A stretch of 64,000 bases of DNA from Dokdonella sp. (GCF_023228465.1 NZ_JALOBC010000006.1), one strand, 5' to 3'. Shown: positions 10,718-20,506, counted from the first letter of the stretch. Program-made: numbers and translations. Notes: generated from the sequence alone by a model not told the origin.

Positions 10718-11878
10718 TTGCAGCCCTACAGCGAACTGTTCAAGGCGGGCCAGCTGATCTTCGCGGCGGGGGATGCGCCCGACGGCGCCTTCCTGATCGA
10801 ATCCGGCCGGGTCGAGATCAGCACCACCCACCAGGGCGCGCAGCGCGTGCTGAGCGAGCTGGGTCCGGGCATGCTGCTCGGCGAGATGGCCGTCCTGGAC
10901 GATTCCCCGCGCACGGCCACCGCGCGTGCACTGACCGACTGCCGGCTGATCCGCATCGGCGCGGCGCAGTTCGCCGAGCGTCTGGCGGCGGCCGATCCCA
11001 TCGTGCGTGCGCTGCTGATGAGCCAGCTCGCACGCTACCGCTCCGCACTCGCGACCCTGACCGGAACCCTCGTCGATCTCCATGCCTCGCCCCTGGCACG
11101 CGATGCCGACCTCGGCGCCATCGACAAGATCCGCCTGGAAAGCGAACTTGGGGCTGCGCTCGAGCGCAGGGAACTGGAGCTGCGCCTGCAGCCCATCCAG
11201 GCCATCGCCGACCGCACGATCGCCGGCTACGAGGCGCTGGTGCGCTGGCATCACCCCGGTCGTGGCGAGGTCTCGCCCAACGAGTTCATCCGCCTGGCCG
11301 AGGAAACCTCGCTGATCCTGCCGGTGGGCGACTACATCCTGCGTGAAGTGTGCGACATGCTGGCGGAGCTGCAGCGGCGCGGCCAGCAGCCGCTGCCCTT
11401 CATCGCGCTCAACGTCTCCGCGCGCCAGCTGGAGGCAGCGGACCTGGTTGCGCGCATCCTCGCGCACCTGAAGGAACGCCGCCTGCCGCCGGACCGGCTC
11501 AAGCTCGAGATCACCGAGAGCCTGGTCTTCGACAAGTTGCGCGTGGGCAAGCTGCTTGCCGACTGCCACGCCGCCGGCATGCACGTTGCGCTCGACGATT
11601 TTGGCACCGGCTATTCCAACCTCGGCCTGTTGCTGGCGCTGGATTTCGACCAGATCAAGATCGACGCCAGCTTCGTGCGCGACCTGCCCGGCGCGCGCGC
11701 CGAGGCACTGATCGGCGCCATCGCCACGATGGCGCGTGCGCTGGAATGCAACATCGTCGCCGAGGGCGTGGAAACCGAGGCCCAGTACCAGGTGCTGCGC
11801 CGGCTCGGTTGCCACTATGCCCAGGGTTGGTTGATCGGCAGGCCGATCGGACTCGCCGACGTGCTGGCCGGCGGCTGA
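10718..11878 (+). CDS. cyclic-nucleotide-binding domain / EAL domain c-di-GMP phosphodiesterase
   Basis: The N-terminal CAP-effector-type cNMP domain reads ..FAAGDAPDGAFLIESGRVEI..LGEMAVLDDSPRTATARA. The EAL domain has all catalytic motifs: YEALVRW, NVSARQL, LEITES, DDFGTGYS, KIDASF, EGVETE, QGW. The track start 10658 lies inside the upstream terminator. I prefer TTG 10718, which is preceded by GGGGAG at about 6 nt. Confidence 0.85.
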   Translation: MQPYSELFKAGQLIFAAGDAPDGAFLIESGRVEISTTHQGAQRVLSELGPGMLLGEMAVLDDSPRTATARALTDCRLIRIGAAQFAERLAAADPIVRALLMSQLARYRSALATLTGTLVDLHASPLARDADLGAIDKIRLESELGAALERRELELRLQPIQAIADRTIAGYEALVRWHHPGRGEVSPNEFIRLAEETSLILPVGDYILREVCDMLAELQRRGQQPLPFIALNVSARQLEAADLVARILAHLKERRLPPDRLKLEITESLVFDKLRVGKLLADCHAAGMHVALDDFGTGYSNLGLLLALDFDQIKIDASFVRDLPGARAEALIGAIATMARALECNIVAEGVETEAQYQVLRRLGCHYAQGWLIGRPIGLADVLAGG

Positions 11879-11996
11879 CCCGGCCGGAGGCGCGACGCCG
11901 GCGACGCGCCCGCACGCCCGCAGCGAAAACTATTTGCGCCGCGCATTGTCCCAGCCTGGCCCCCGCCTGCGTGCGATCATTGCCCGTTTCCCGCGA

Positions 11997-12992
11997 ATGC
12001 CGCCCATGGACATGCCCGAACCCAGCACCGCCGCGACCGCCTTTGCCGCCCTGCGCGCGGAACTTGGGCACTGCATCATCGGCCAGCAGGCCCTGGTCGA
12101 TCGCCTGCTCATCGCCCTGCTGGCCGATGGCCACCTGCTGGTCGAAGGCGCGCCGGGCCTGGCCAAGACCACCGCCATCAAGGAACTCGCCGCGCGCATC
12201 GAAGCGGATTTCCACCGCGTGCAGTTCACTCCGGACCTGTTGCCCGCCGACCTCACCGGGACCGAGATCTGGCGCCCGCAGGCGACCGAGTTCGAGTTCC
12301 AGCGCGGCCCGATCTTCCACAACCTGATCCTCGCCGACGAAGTCAACCGCGCGCCGGCCAAGGTGCAGTCGGCCCTGCTCGAGGCCATGGGCGAGCGCCA
12401 GGTGACGGTGGGGCGGGAAAGTTTCGCCTTGCCGCGCCTGTTCCTCGTCATGGCGACGCAGAACCCGATCGAACAGGAAGGCACCTATCCGCTGCCGGAA
12501 GCCCAGCTCGACCGCTTCCTGCTGCATGTCAAGGTCGGCTATCCGGATGCCGGCGCCGAAGCGGCCATCCTGCAGCTGGCCCGCGACCGCGCGCGTGAGG
12601 CGCTGGCGCAACCGGCCGTCGTCCAGCGCCTGCTGAGCCAGCAACAGGTGTTCGATGCGCGCGCCGAAGTCCTGGCGCTGCATCTGGCGCCGGCCCTGCA
12701 GAACTACCTGGTGCAGCTGGTGCTGGCAACCCGCGACGCGGCCCCCTACGATGCTGCGCTGGCGCGCTGGATCGCCTACGGCGCCAGCCCGCGCGGCACC
12801 ATTGCGCTGGATCGCTGCGCGCGCGCCCACGCCTGGCTGGACGGCCGCGACTACGTCACGCCCGCCGACGTGCACGCCATCGCGCCCGACGTGCTGCGCC
12901 ATCGGGTGCTGCTGAGCTACGAGGCGGAAGCCGAAGGTATCGATGCCGATCGCGTCGTGGCGATGCTGCTCGAGCGCGTGCCCCTGCCATGA
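11997..12992 (+). CDS. MoxR-family AAA+ ATPase
   Basis: Walker A LLVEGAPGLAKT and Walker B ILADEVNRA, with a typical MoxR length. It is first in a Bat-type operon. Start taken at ATG 11997 (the track starts at 11934). Confidence 0.92.
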   Translation: MPPMDMPEPSTAATAFAALRAELGHCIIGQQALVDRLLIALLADGHLLVEGAPGLAKTTAIKELAARIEADFHRVQFTPDLLPADLTGTEIWRPQATEFEFQRGPIFHNLILADEVNRAPAKVQSALLEAMGERQVTVGRESFALPRLFLVMATQNPIEQEGTYPLPEAQLDRFLLHVKVGYPDAGAEAAILQLARDRAREALAQPAVVQRLLSQQQVFDARAEVLALHLAPALQNYLVQLVLATRDAAPYDAALARWIAYGASPRGTIALDRCARAHAWLDGRDYVTPADVHAIAPDVLRHRVLLSYEAEAEGIDADRVVAMLLERVPLP

Positions 12993-13137
12993 GGTGATCG
13001 CCGCGGACCCGGGAACGGCTCTGCGGTGCACGCCGACGCCGGCAGGTGGAAGGGCGCGCGGTTGTCACGCGCCCACGGCACCTGCCATGCGCGGCTCCGA
13101 AGTCCATTTTCCGATGTCCCCCTGAACCGCAAAGCCG

Positions 13138-14088
13138 ATGTCACCCGCACACCCCATCCCGCCCGCTTCGTGCAACGCCACCCGGGTCGCGCTCGATGAG
13201 CTGATCGGGCTCGCCGCGCTGGCGCGGGGCGCACGCCTGGCCCAGAGCCGGCGCAGTGCAGCGGCGCGTTCCGGCGCGGTGCGCTCGCGCTGGCGCGGGC
13301 GTGGCATGGACTTTCGCGAATCGCGCATCTACCAGGCCGGCGACGAGATCCGGCACATGGACTGGCGCGTTACCGCGCGCAGCGGCAAACCCCATACCAA
13401 GCTGTTCGAAGAGGAACGCGAGCAGGCCCTGCTGCTGGTCCAGGACTTCAATCCTTCCATGCGCTTTGGCACTCGCGTGCGCTTCAAGAGCGTACAGGCA
13501 GCGCGGGCGGCCGCCTTGCTGGCGTGGCTGGCGGCAACCACCGGAGACCGCGTCGGCCTGCTCGGATTTGGTGGCGGCATTGGCGGCGAGCTGCGCCCCG
13601 CCGGTGGCCGCCCGGGCGTGCTGAAGGTGCTGCGCCAGCTGCGCGACTGGGATGCCGCCGCCGACCCCAGTTGCCAGCAGCCGCTGGCGCAGGGCCTGGC
13701 GCGCCTGCACGGATTGCTGCGCCCGGGCATGCGCGTGGTGTTGCTGAGCGACGGCTTCAGCGCCGACCATGACGGCCTGCAGCGCCTGGGCGAAATCGCG
13801 CGGCATCATGAACTGGCCGTCGTGCGCCTGGGTGATGCGCTCGAGCGCGAGGCGCCGCCGCCGGGGCGCTATGCGCTGCATCTGGGACCCTTGCGCGGCG
13901 TGCTCGATTTCGCCGACCGCGCCACCCGCACGCAGTGGGCGCAACGCTTTGCGGCCCTGCGCGCCGGGCTGGCCGACACCTGCGTGAAGCACGGCGCACG
14001 CCTGCTCGAACTCGATACCCATGCTGACCTGCGCACGGCCCTGCGGCCCCTGCTGGCACGCGGCCGCGCGGCGGGGGTGGTGGCGTGA
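13138..14088 (+). CDS. DUF58 domain protein (MoxR partner, vWA-like)
   Basis: The DUF58 signature reads ..GMDFRESRIYQAGDEIRHMDWRVTARSGKPHTKLFEEERE... The gene immediately follows the MoxR gene. Confidence 0.88.
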   Translation: MSPAHPIPPASCNATRVALDELIGLAALARGARLAQSRRSAAARSGAVRSRWRGRGMDFRESRIYQAGDEIRHMDWRVTARSGKPHTKLFEEEREQALLLVQDFNPSMRFGTRVRFKSVQAARAAALLAWLAATTGDRVGLLGFGGGIGGELRPAGGRPGVLKVLRQLRDWDAAADPSCQQPLAQGLARLHGLLRPGMRVVLLSDGFSADHDGLQRLGEIARHHELAVVRLGDALEREAPPPGRYALHLGPLRGVLDFADRATRTQWAQRFAALRAGLADTCVKHGARLLELDTHADLRTALRPLLARGRAAGVVA

Positions 14089-14603
14089 GCACGCCGGCCG
14101 CGGCACTGCCGCTCAAGGACATCCACCTGCCCGCCGCGCCCGGCTGGTGGCCCCCGGCGCCCGGCTGGTGGCTGCTGGCTGCGCTGCTGGTGCTGGCCGC
14201 CTGGCTGGGCGCGCGCGCGTGGTTGCGCTGGCGCGCTGGCCGGCGCTGGCGTCGCGGCCTGCAGGCGGAACTCGAGCGCATCGCCGCCGATGCCGAGGTG
14301 CGCGAGGATCCGGTGGCGCTGACGACGGCCCTGTCGCAGGTGCTGCGACGTGCCGTGCGCCTGCTCGATCCGACCGCGGCGGCCCTGGACGGCAGTGCCT
14401 GGCTGGAATTCCTCGACCGCCAGTTGCCGCCCGCGCAGCGCGAAGCCGCGCCGTTTGCGCGGGGCGTCGGTCGGGTGCTCGCCGAAGCGCCCTGGCGCCC
14501 GGTGGGGACGCCGGACCTTCCCACGCATGGCGCGGCCGCACTGATCGACCTGGTGCGCGCGTGGCTGGCGGCAGCGTTGCCGCGGAGGCCCCAGCGTGCT
14601 TGA
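14085..14603 (+). CDS. DUF4381 domain membrane protein
   Basis: N-terminus ..LKDIHLPAAPGWWPPAPGWWLLAALLVLAAWL is the characteristic W-P-x-A-P-G-W-W plus TM motif. The start has a 4-nt overlap with the DUF58 gene. Confidence 0.75.
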   Translation: MSTPAAALPLKDIHLPAAPGWWPPAPGWWLLAALLVLAAWLGARAWLRWRAGRRWRRGLQAELERIAADAEVREDPVALTTALSQVLRRAVRLLDPTAAALDGSAWLEFLDRQLPPAQREAAPFARGVGRVLAEAPWRPVGTPDLPTHGAAALIDLVRAWLAAALPRRPQRA

Positions 14604-15600
14604 GCTGGCCTGGCCCTGGCTGCTTGCGCTGGCCCCGCTGCCGCTGCTGGCGGCCTGGCTGCTGCCGCGTGCGCGCGCCGCCACCGCCGGCATGTTGCGC
14701 CTGCCGCATCCGGGGCTCGGCCTGCTCACGAGCGCCCGGGTCTCACCCGTGCCGCTGTCGCGTCGCCTGCTCGCACTGGCCGCCTGGCTGCTGCTGCTGC
14801 TGGCCGCAGCGCGGCCGCAATGGCTGGGCCCGCCCGAAGACGTGCCGCGCAGCGGCCGCGACCTGCTCCTGGCGGTCGATACCTCGGGCTCGATGAGCAT
14901 CGAGGACATGCAGCTCGGTGGCCAGGCAGTGCCGCGCTTCACCGCCATCCAGGCCATCGTGAGCGACTTCATCGGCCGCCGTGCCGGCGATCGCGTCGGC
15001 CTCATCCTGTTCGGTTCGCGCGCCTACCTGCTGGTGCCGCTCACCTTCGACCTGCAGACCGTGGGCCGACAGCTGGAGGACGCGACCATCGGCCTGGCCG
15101 GGCGCGAAACCGCCATTGGCGATGCCGTTGGCCTGGCCGTCAAGCGCCTGGGCGAGCGGCCCGAAGCGCAGCGCGTGCTGGTGCTGTTGACCGACGGCGT
15201 CAACACCGCCGGCGCGCTCGATCCCGCGCAGGCCACGCAACTGGCGGCGGCGCATCACCTGCGCATCTACACGGTCGGCGTCGGCGCCGATGCGCTGCGC
15301 GTCAACAGCCTCTTCGGCAGCCGCCTGGTCAATCCTTCCGCCGATCTCGACGAAGCGATGCTGCGCGACATGGCCGAATCCACGGGCGGGCGCTACTTCC
15401 GCGCGCGCAACAGCGAGGAGCTGGCCGACATCTACCGCAGCATCGACGCACTGGAACCGGTCGCCGGCGACGGCCAGCGGATGCGTCCGGTAGATGAACT
15501 CTACTTCTTGCCGTTGGGCGGTGCGCTCGGCCTTGCCGCGCTGGGCCTGCTGCTGCCGGGCCGGCGGCCGCGCCTGCCGGCGCGCGGGGTAGGCGCGTGA
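14596..15600 (+). CDS. vWA domain membrane protein, BatA-type
   Basis: N-terminal TM hairpin (LELAWPWLLALAPLPLLAAWLL). vWA MIDAS motif ..LLLAVDTSGSM.. and ..LLTDGVNTAG... C-terminal TM helix. Overlaps both neighbouring genes. Confidence 0.88.
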   Translation: MLELAWPWLLALAPLPLLAAWLLPRARAATAGMLRLPHPGLGLLTSARVSPVPLSRRLLALAAWLLLLLAAARPQWLGPPEDVPRSGRDLLLAVDTSGSMSIEDMQLGGQAVPRFTAIQAIVSDFIGRRAGDRVGLILFGSRAYLLVPLTFDLQTVGRQLEDATIGLAGRETAIGDAVGLAVKRLGERPEAQRVLVLLTDGVNTAGALDPAQATQLAAAHHLRIYTVGVGADALRVNSLFGSRLVNPSADLDEAMLRDMAESTGGRYFRARNSEELADIYRSIDALEPVAGDGQRMRPVDELYFLPLGGALGLAALGLLLPGRRPRLPARGVGA

Positions 15601-17504
15601 ACCTGCTTGCCGACTTCCATTTCCTGCGCCCGGCCGCACTCCTGCTGCTGCTGGCGCTGCCGCTGCTGTGGCTGGCGGCGCGCCGTCGGCGCCGCGGCGC
15701 CGGTGCCTGGCAGGGCGTGGTCGATGCGCACCTGCTGCCCCATCTGCTGGAGCGCGGTACGGACGCCGGGCGCGGCGCGTGGCTGCTGGCCGGCCTGGTC
15801 TGGGCACTGGGCGTGCTCGCCATGGCGGGGCCGGCCTGGGAACGTGAGCCGGTGCCGCTCTACCACAACCAGGCCGCGCGGGTGCTGGCACTGGAGCTGG
15901 CGCCCAGCATGCTGGCCGAGGACATCAAGCCGAGCCGGCTGGCACGGGCGCGCTACAAGATCGATGACATCCTCGCACGCAGCCGCGACTACCAGACCGC
16001 CCTGGTTGCCTACGCCGGGGATGCCTTCGTCGTCGCACCGCTCACCAGCGATGTGGCGACCGTGCAGAACCTGGTGGGCATGCTTGACCCGGGAACGATG
16101 CCGGTGGCCGGCAACGCAACGGCGCGGGCCATCGAACAGGCGGCGCGCCTGATCGACCAGGCCGGCCTGCGCCAGGGCGAGATCCTCTTGCTGGCCGACG
16201 GCGCCGGTGCGGGCGCCGAGGCGGCGGCACGCAAGGCACGCGCCCAGGGCATCCGCGTGTCCGTGCTCGCCGTGGGCAGCGGACAAGGCGCGCCGGTGCC
16301 CCTCGCGCGGGGCGGTTTCATGCTCGATGACAACGGCAAGCTGCTGGTTGCGCGGCGCGACAGTGCCGCGCTGCGCGCCCTGGCCGCTGCCGGCGGTGGT
16401 CGCTATGCCGAGCTCAGCGCCGATGCGCGCGACCTCGATGCGCTGCTCGGCAATCAGGTCGATCCGGCGGGCGATGGCAGCGCGACCGATGGCGCCCCCG
16501 GGACACGCTGGCGGGACCGCGGGCCGTGGCTGCTGCTGGCGCTGCTGCCGCTGGCCCTGCTCGGCTTCCGGCGCGGCTGGCTGATGGCCTTTGCCCTGGT
16601 GGTCGTGCTGCCCCCTTCCACCGCGCACGCCGCCGGGCTGGCCGATCTGTGGCAGCGCCCCGACCAGCAGGCCGCAGCGGCACTCGCTGCCGGCGATGCG
16701 GCACGCGCCGCCGCGCTGGCCCGCTCGCCGCAATGGCGTGCCAGTGCGCATTACCGCGCCGGAGACTACGCCGCCGCTGCCAGTGCCTGGGCTGAGGTGT
16801 CGGGGCCCGACGCCGCCTACAACCGAGGCAATGCGCTGGCGCAACAGGGCCAGTACGAGCAGGCCATTGCCGCCTACGATGAAGCACTGCGCGAGGCACC
16901 CGACATGGCCGATGCGCAGGCCAACCGCGCCCTGGTCGAAGCGGCCCTGCGCCAGCAGCAGGCGCAGGCGGACCAGGCGGATCCGCAAGATGGGCACGAC
17001 CAGCAACAAGGCGAATCGGGCACGCCACCGCCGCAGTCCGGCGCGTCGCCTGCGGCCGCGGATCAGGCCCAGCCCCAGCAGGGCGAACAGGCGGAGGCGG
17101 GTGAGCCGAACGCTGGCGGCCAGCGGCAGAGCGAGGCGCCGGGCGATGCAACGTCCCAGGCCGGCACGGGACAGTCGGACCCGGCGCACGAGCCCCCAGA
17201 CGCCGGCAGCGCAGCGGACGCGGCTACGCCTGATGCCGAGCAGCAGGAGGCGCTTTCCAGGGCCATCGACGAATCGCTCGCGCAAGCGGCAGACGGCACG
17301 CCGTCCGCCAGGCAGGAGGCGCCCGGCGCGACCGACGCAACCGCGCAAGCGTCGCCCGCAGACACCGCGGTGGATGAGGCCGCCCGCGAGAAGCAGCAGG
17401 TGCTCGACCAGCTCCTGCAGCGCGTGCCCGACGACCCGGGTGGCCTGCTGCGGCGCAAGTTCCAGCTCGAATACGAGCGCCGGCAGCAGGGGAGGAGTGA
17501 ATGA
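15597..17504 (+). CDS. vWA plus TPR membrane protein, BatB/BatC-type fusion
   Basis: The N-terminus FHFLRPAALLLLLALPLLWL is followed by a vWA domain, a TM helix, TPR-like repeats (..YNRGNALAQQGQYEQAIAAYDEALREAPDMADAQANRA..) and an acidic/Gln-rich tail. Confidence 0.85.
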   Translation: MNLLADFHFLRPAALLLLLALPLLWLAARRRRRGAGAWQGVVDAHLLPHLLERGTDAGRGAWLLAGLVWALGVLAMAGPAWEREPVPLYHNQAARVLALELAPSMLAEDIKPSRLARARYKIDDILARSRDYQTALVAYAGDAFVVAPLTSDVATVQNLVGMLDPGTMPVAGNATARAIEQAARLIDQAGLRQGEILLLADGAGAGAEAAARKARAQGIRVSVLAVGSGQGAPVPLARGGFMLDDNGKLLVARRDSAALRALAAAGGGRYAELSADARDLDALLGNQVDPAGDGSATDGAPGTRWRDRGPWLLLALLPLALLGFRRGWLMAFALVVVLPPSTAHAAGLADLWQRPDQQAAAALAAGDAARAAALARSPQWRASAHYRAGDYAAAASAWAEVSGPDAAYNRGNALAQQGQYEQAIAAYDEALREAPDMADAQANRALVEAALRQQQAQADQADPQDGHDQQQGESGTPPPQSGASPAAADQAQPQQGEQAEAGEPNAGGQRQSEAPGDATSQAGTGQSDPAHEPPDAGSAADAATPDAEQQEALSRAIDESLAQAADGTPSARQEAPGATDATAQASPADTAVDEAAREKQQVLDQLLQRVPDDPGGLLRRKFQLEYERRQQGRSE

Positions 17505-19198
17505 TGCGTGGGTGGATGACGGGTCTTGTCGCCTTGCTCGCGCTCGCGTGTGCCGGCGCGCTGGCCCAGACGGCGTCGGCGCCGCGTGCCTGGCTGGACC
17601 GCAACAGCGTCCAGCTGGGCGAGTCGGTGACGCTCAACGTCGAGGCGTCCGGCGATGCGCTGGCGGCGCCGGACTTTTCCGCGCTCAGCCAGGATTTCGA
17701 GCTGCTCGGCACGCAGTCCAGCCGGCGCATCAACATCAGCAACGGCCAGCGCAGCTCGACCACCCTGTGGGCGGTGGGGCTGCAGCCACGCCGCGAGGGC
17801 AGCATCACGATCGCGCCGATCCATGTCGGCGGACTGCAGACCGCGGCGATCGAGCTCAGCGTGTTGCCGGCGCCGGCCGCCGGCGCGGCTGCGGGCGGCG
17901 ATGCCTTCATCGAGGCCACCGCGATCCCGACCGATCCCTACGTCCAGCAGCAGGTGCGCTTCACCGTCAAGCTGTTCGTCGCCCATGACCTGACTGATGG
18001 CAACCTGACCGAACCGACAGCGGCGGGGCTCGACGTCAAGCGCCTGGGCACCGGCCAGGACCGGAACTATTTCGCCACCGTGGGCGAGCGCCGCTACCAT
18101 GTTTACGAACGCCATTACGCGCTGACGCCCACCCACAGCGGCAAGCTCGGCATCGCGCCGATCACCTTCAGCGGCAGCACCCTGCAAGGCGCCGATCCCG
18201 GTGGCTTCTTCAGCCGCGGTCGCCGCCTGGGCGCGGCCTCGCCAGCCATCGAGCTGACGGTACGTCCACGCCCGGCGGCGGTGGGGGCAGCGCCTTGGCT
18301 GCCGGCGGCCGCGCTGACCCTGCAGGATCAGGATGCCCTGCCCTCGCAGGTCCGGGTCGGCGAACCCGTCACGCGCACGATCCGCCTGCAGGCCAAGGGA
18401 CTCGCCTTCGAACAGTTGCCGGAAATCGAACTGGCGGCACCGGACGGCGCGGAAATCTATCCCGACCAGAGCGAAACCCGCACGCGAGATGACGGCGAGT
18501 GGCTGTATGGCGAACGCGTGCGCAAGTTCGCCCTGGTCCCGACCCGGCCCGGTGAATTGCTCGTCCCCGGGTTGCGGGTGAGCTGGTGGGACACGCTCAA
18601 TGACCGCGCCGCGGTGGCCGAGCTGCCCTCAAGGACCCTCCGCGTGCTGCCTGCTCCGGCCGCCGCTGCGGGCGGTGCCGGCCCTGCGGCGGGAGCCGCC
18701 GGCCAGTCCGCTCCGCCCGCTATCGCGTTGGCGCCGGACCCCCCCTCCGCAGCGATGGCCTCCGGGGCGCATCGTTGGCAATGGATTGCCGGCGGTCTGT
18801 TCGCCCTTTGGCTGGCGACGCTGGCCCTGTGGTGGCGCTGGCAGCGCCGTCCGCTCGGCACGCGCGCTGCATGCACGCCGCCTGCCAGGGCTGGCAAACA
18901 GCGCGCCGCATTCCTGCGCGCCTGTGCCCTGGGTGACCTGGCCGCCGCCGAACGGACCCTGGTGGCCTGGGCACTCGCCGAGCGTGCCGGCATGCGCAAT
19001 CTTGGCGCCTTGGCGGCAGCGCTTGCCGATCCGGCGCAGCGCGCCATCCTGGAGGAGCTCGAACGCGTGCGCTATGCGGGGGCGAGCGGTACGGGCCTGG
19101 CTACGCGCCTCGCGGTTGTCTTCAAACCCGGCTTCGCCTGGACGCCCGCAGCCACGCCAGGCGCGGACAGCCTGCTGCCGCCGCTCTATCCGCATTGA
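17501..19198 (+). CDS. BatD-family (oxygen-tolerance) protein
   Basis: Signal peptide, then repeated beta-rich modules (..VTLNVEASGD.., ..VRFTVKLFVAHDL.., ..PVTRTIRLQAKGL..), a C-proximal TM helix (WIAGGLFALWLATLALWWRW) and a cytoplasmic tail. ATGA overlap with batB. Confidence 0.8.
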   Translation: MMRGWMTGLVALLALACAGALAQTASAPRAWLDRNSVQLGESVTLNVEASGDALAAPDFSALSQDFELLGTQSSRRINISNGQRSSTTLWAVGLQPRREGSITIAPIHVGGLQTAAIELSVLPAPAAGAAAGGDAFIEATAIPTDPYVQQQVRFTVKLFVAHDLTDGNLTEPTAAGLDVKRLGTGQDRNYFATVGERRYHVYERHYALTPTHSGKLGIAPITFSGSTLQGADPGGFFSRGRRLGAASPAIELTVRPRPAAVGAAPWLPAAALTLQDQDALPSQVRVGEPVTRTIRLQAKGLAFEQLPEIELAAPDGAEIYPDQSETRTRDDGEWLYGERVRKFALVPTRPGELLVPGLRVSWWDTLNDRAAVAELPSRTLRVLPAPAAAAGGAGPAAGAAGQSAPPAIALAPDPPSAAMASGAHRWQWIAGGLFALWLATLALWWRWQRRPLGTRAACTPPARAGKQRAAFLRACALGDLAAAERTLVAWALAERAGMRNLGALAAALADPAQRAILEELERVRYAGASGTGLATRLAVVFKPGFAWTPAATPGADSLLPPLYPH

Positions 19199-19246
19199 GG
19201 CCCGGCGGCCGTGGCGACCCTGCCTGCGCGCGCGCGGAGCGCGTGA

Positions 19247-20506
19247 TCACGCGCCCTCGACGAGGTATTCGGGCAGGCGCCTGGGCACGTCGGCCAGCTG
19301 CAGGCGCGGGTAGCGCGGCAGGCCGTCGCCCGTCCAGGGCGGCGTGTCCTCGCCCTGGATCAGGGGCTGCAGATGGCGCCGTGCAGCGGCCGTGATGGCG
19401 TAACCATCGCGACTGATGAAGCGTCGCGGCAGCTTGCGCTCGCGATTGGCGATGCGCGTGAGGGGCGCGGCCTCGACGCGCCAGCGGTAGGGCGCGTCGC
19501 TTTCGCGCACGATCACCGGCATGACCGCATCGTGGCCTTCCAGGGCCAGCGCCACGGCGGCCTCGCCGACCGCCCAGGCCTGGCGCGCATCGGTCGCCGA
19601 GGCGATGTGGCGCGCCGAACGCTGCAGGTAATCGGGCACCGCCCAGTGGCACTTGAGGCCAAGTTCGCGCTGGACCAGCCCGGCGAGGCGCGGCGCCACA
19701 CCGCCGAGCTGGACGTGGCCGAAGGCGTCCTGGCCGCCCGCTTCGGCAAGAAAGTTTCCGTCTGCGTCGCGCAGGCCTTCCGAGGCGACCACCGTGCAAT
19801 AGCCCCGGCGTGCGACCACGCTGCGCACGCGGGCGAGGAACGTGGCCGGGTCGAAGCGGATTTCCGGGAACAGGATGAGGTGCGGAGAATCATCCGCGCT
19901 GCGTGCAGCCAGGCCGCCTGCAGCGGCCAGCCAGCCCGCGTGCCGGCCCATCACCTCGAGGATGAACACGCGGGTGGAGGTCTCGTGCATCGATTCGACA
20001 TCGAGCCCGGCTTCCAGCACGGACAAGGCGACGTACTTGGCCGCCGAGCCGAAGCCCGGGCAGGTGTCCGTGGCGGCCAGGTCGTTGTCCACCGTCTTGG
20101 GCACGGCAATGACGCGCAGCGGGTAGCCGAGTGCGCGTCCGGCGCCGGAGAGCTTCAGGGCCGTGTCGGCCGAATCGTTGCCGCCGTTGTAGAGCAGGCA
20201 GGTGATGCCGTGGGCCTGGCACACGGCGAGCAGGCGTGCGTACTCGGCGCGATCGTCTTCCAGCGCACCGAGCTTGTAGCGACAGGTTCCGAAGGCCCCG
20301 CCCGGGGTGTGCCGCAGGGCCGTGACGGCCGCCGTCGATGCGCGTCGGGTATCGACCAGATCCTCGCGCAGCACGCCGAGGATGCCGTTGCGCGCCGCCA
20401 GCAGCGGTGTGCGTGCCGCGCGCGCGGCGGTGATCACCGCCGCGGCGGTCGCGTTGATCACGGCGGTCACGCCGCCCGACTGCGCATACAGCAATTTGTC
20501 TTGCAT
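19247..20506 (-). CDS. pfp: 6-phosphofructokinase, probably pyrophosphate-dependent type
   Basis: PFK-family N-terminus MQDKLLYAQSGGVTAVINA, plus ..NGGNDSADTA.., ..PKTVDNDL.. and ..MGRHAGWLA... It is divergent from adk. The phosphoryl-donor assignment is inferred from family membership, not proven by the sequence. Confidence 0.85.
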   Translation of the reverse strand: MQDKLLYAQSGGVTAVINATAAAVITAARAARTPLLAARNGILGVLREDLVDTRRASTAAVTALRHTPGGAFGTCRYKLGALEDDRAEYARLLAVCQAHGITCLLYNGGNDSADTALKLSGAGRALGYPLRVIAVPKTVDNDLAATDTCPGFGSAAKYVALSVLEAGLDVESMHETSTRVFILEVMGRHAGWLAAAGGLAARSADDSPHLILFPEIRFDPATFLARVRSVVARRGYCTVVASEGLRDADGNFLAEAGGQDAFGHVQLGGVAPRLAGLVQRELGLKCHWAVPDYLQRSARHIASATDARQAWAVGEAAVALALEGHDAVMPVIVRESDAPYRWRVEAAPLTRIANRERKLPRRFISRDGYAITAAARRHLQPLIQGEDTPPWTGDGLPRYPRLQLADVPRRLPEYLVEGA

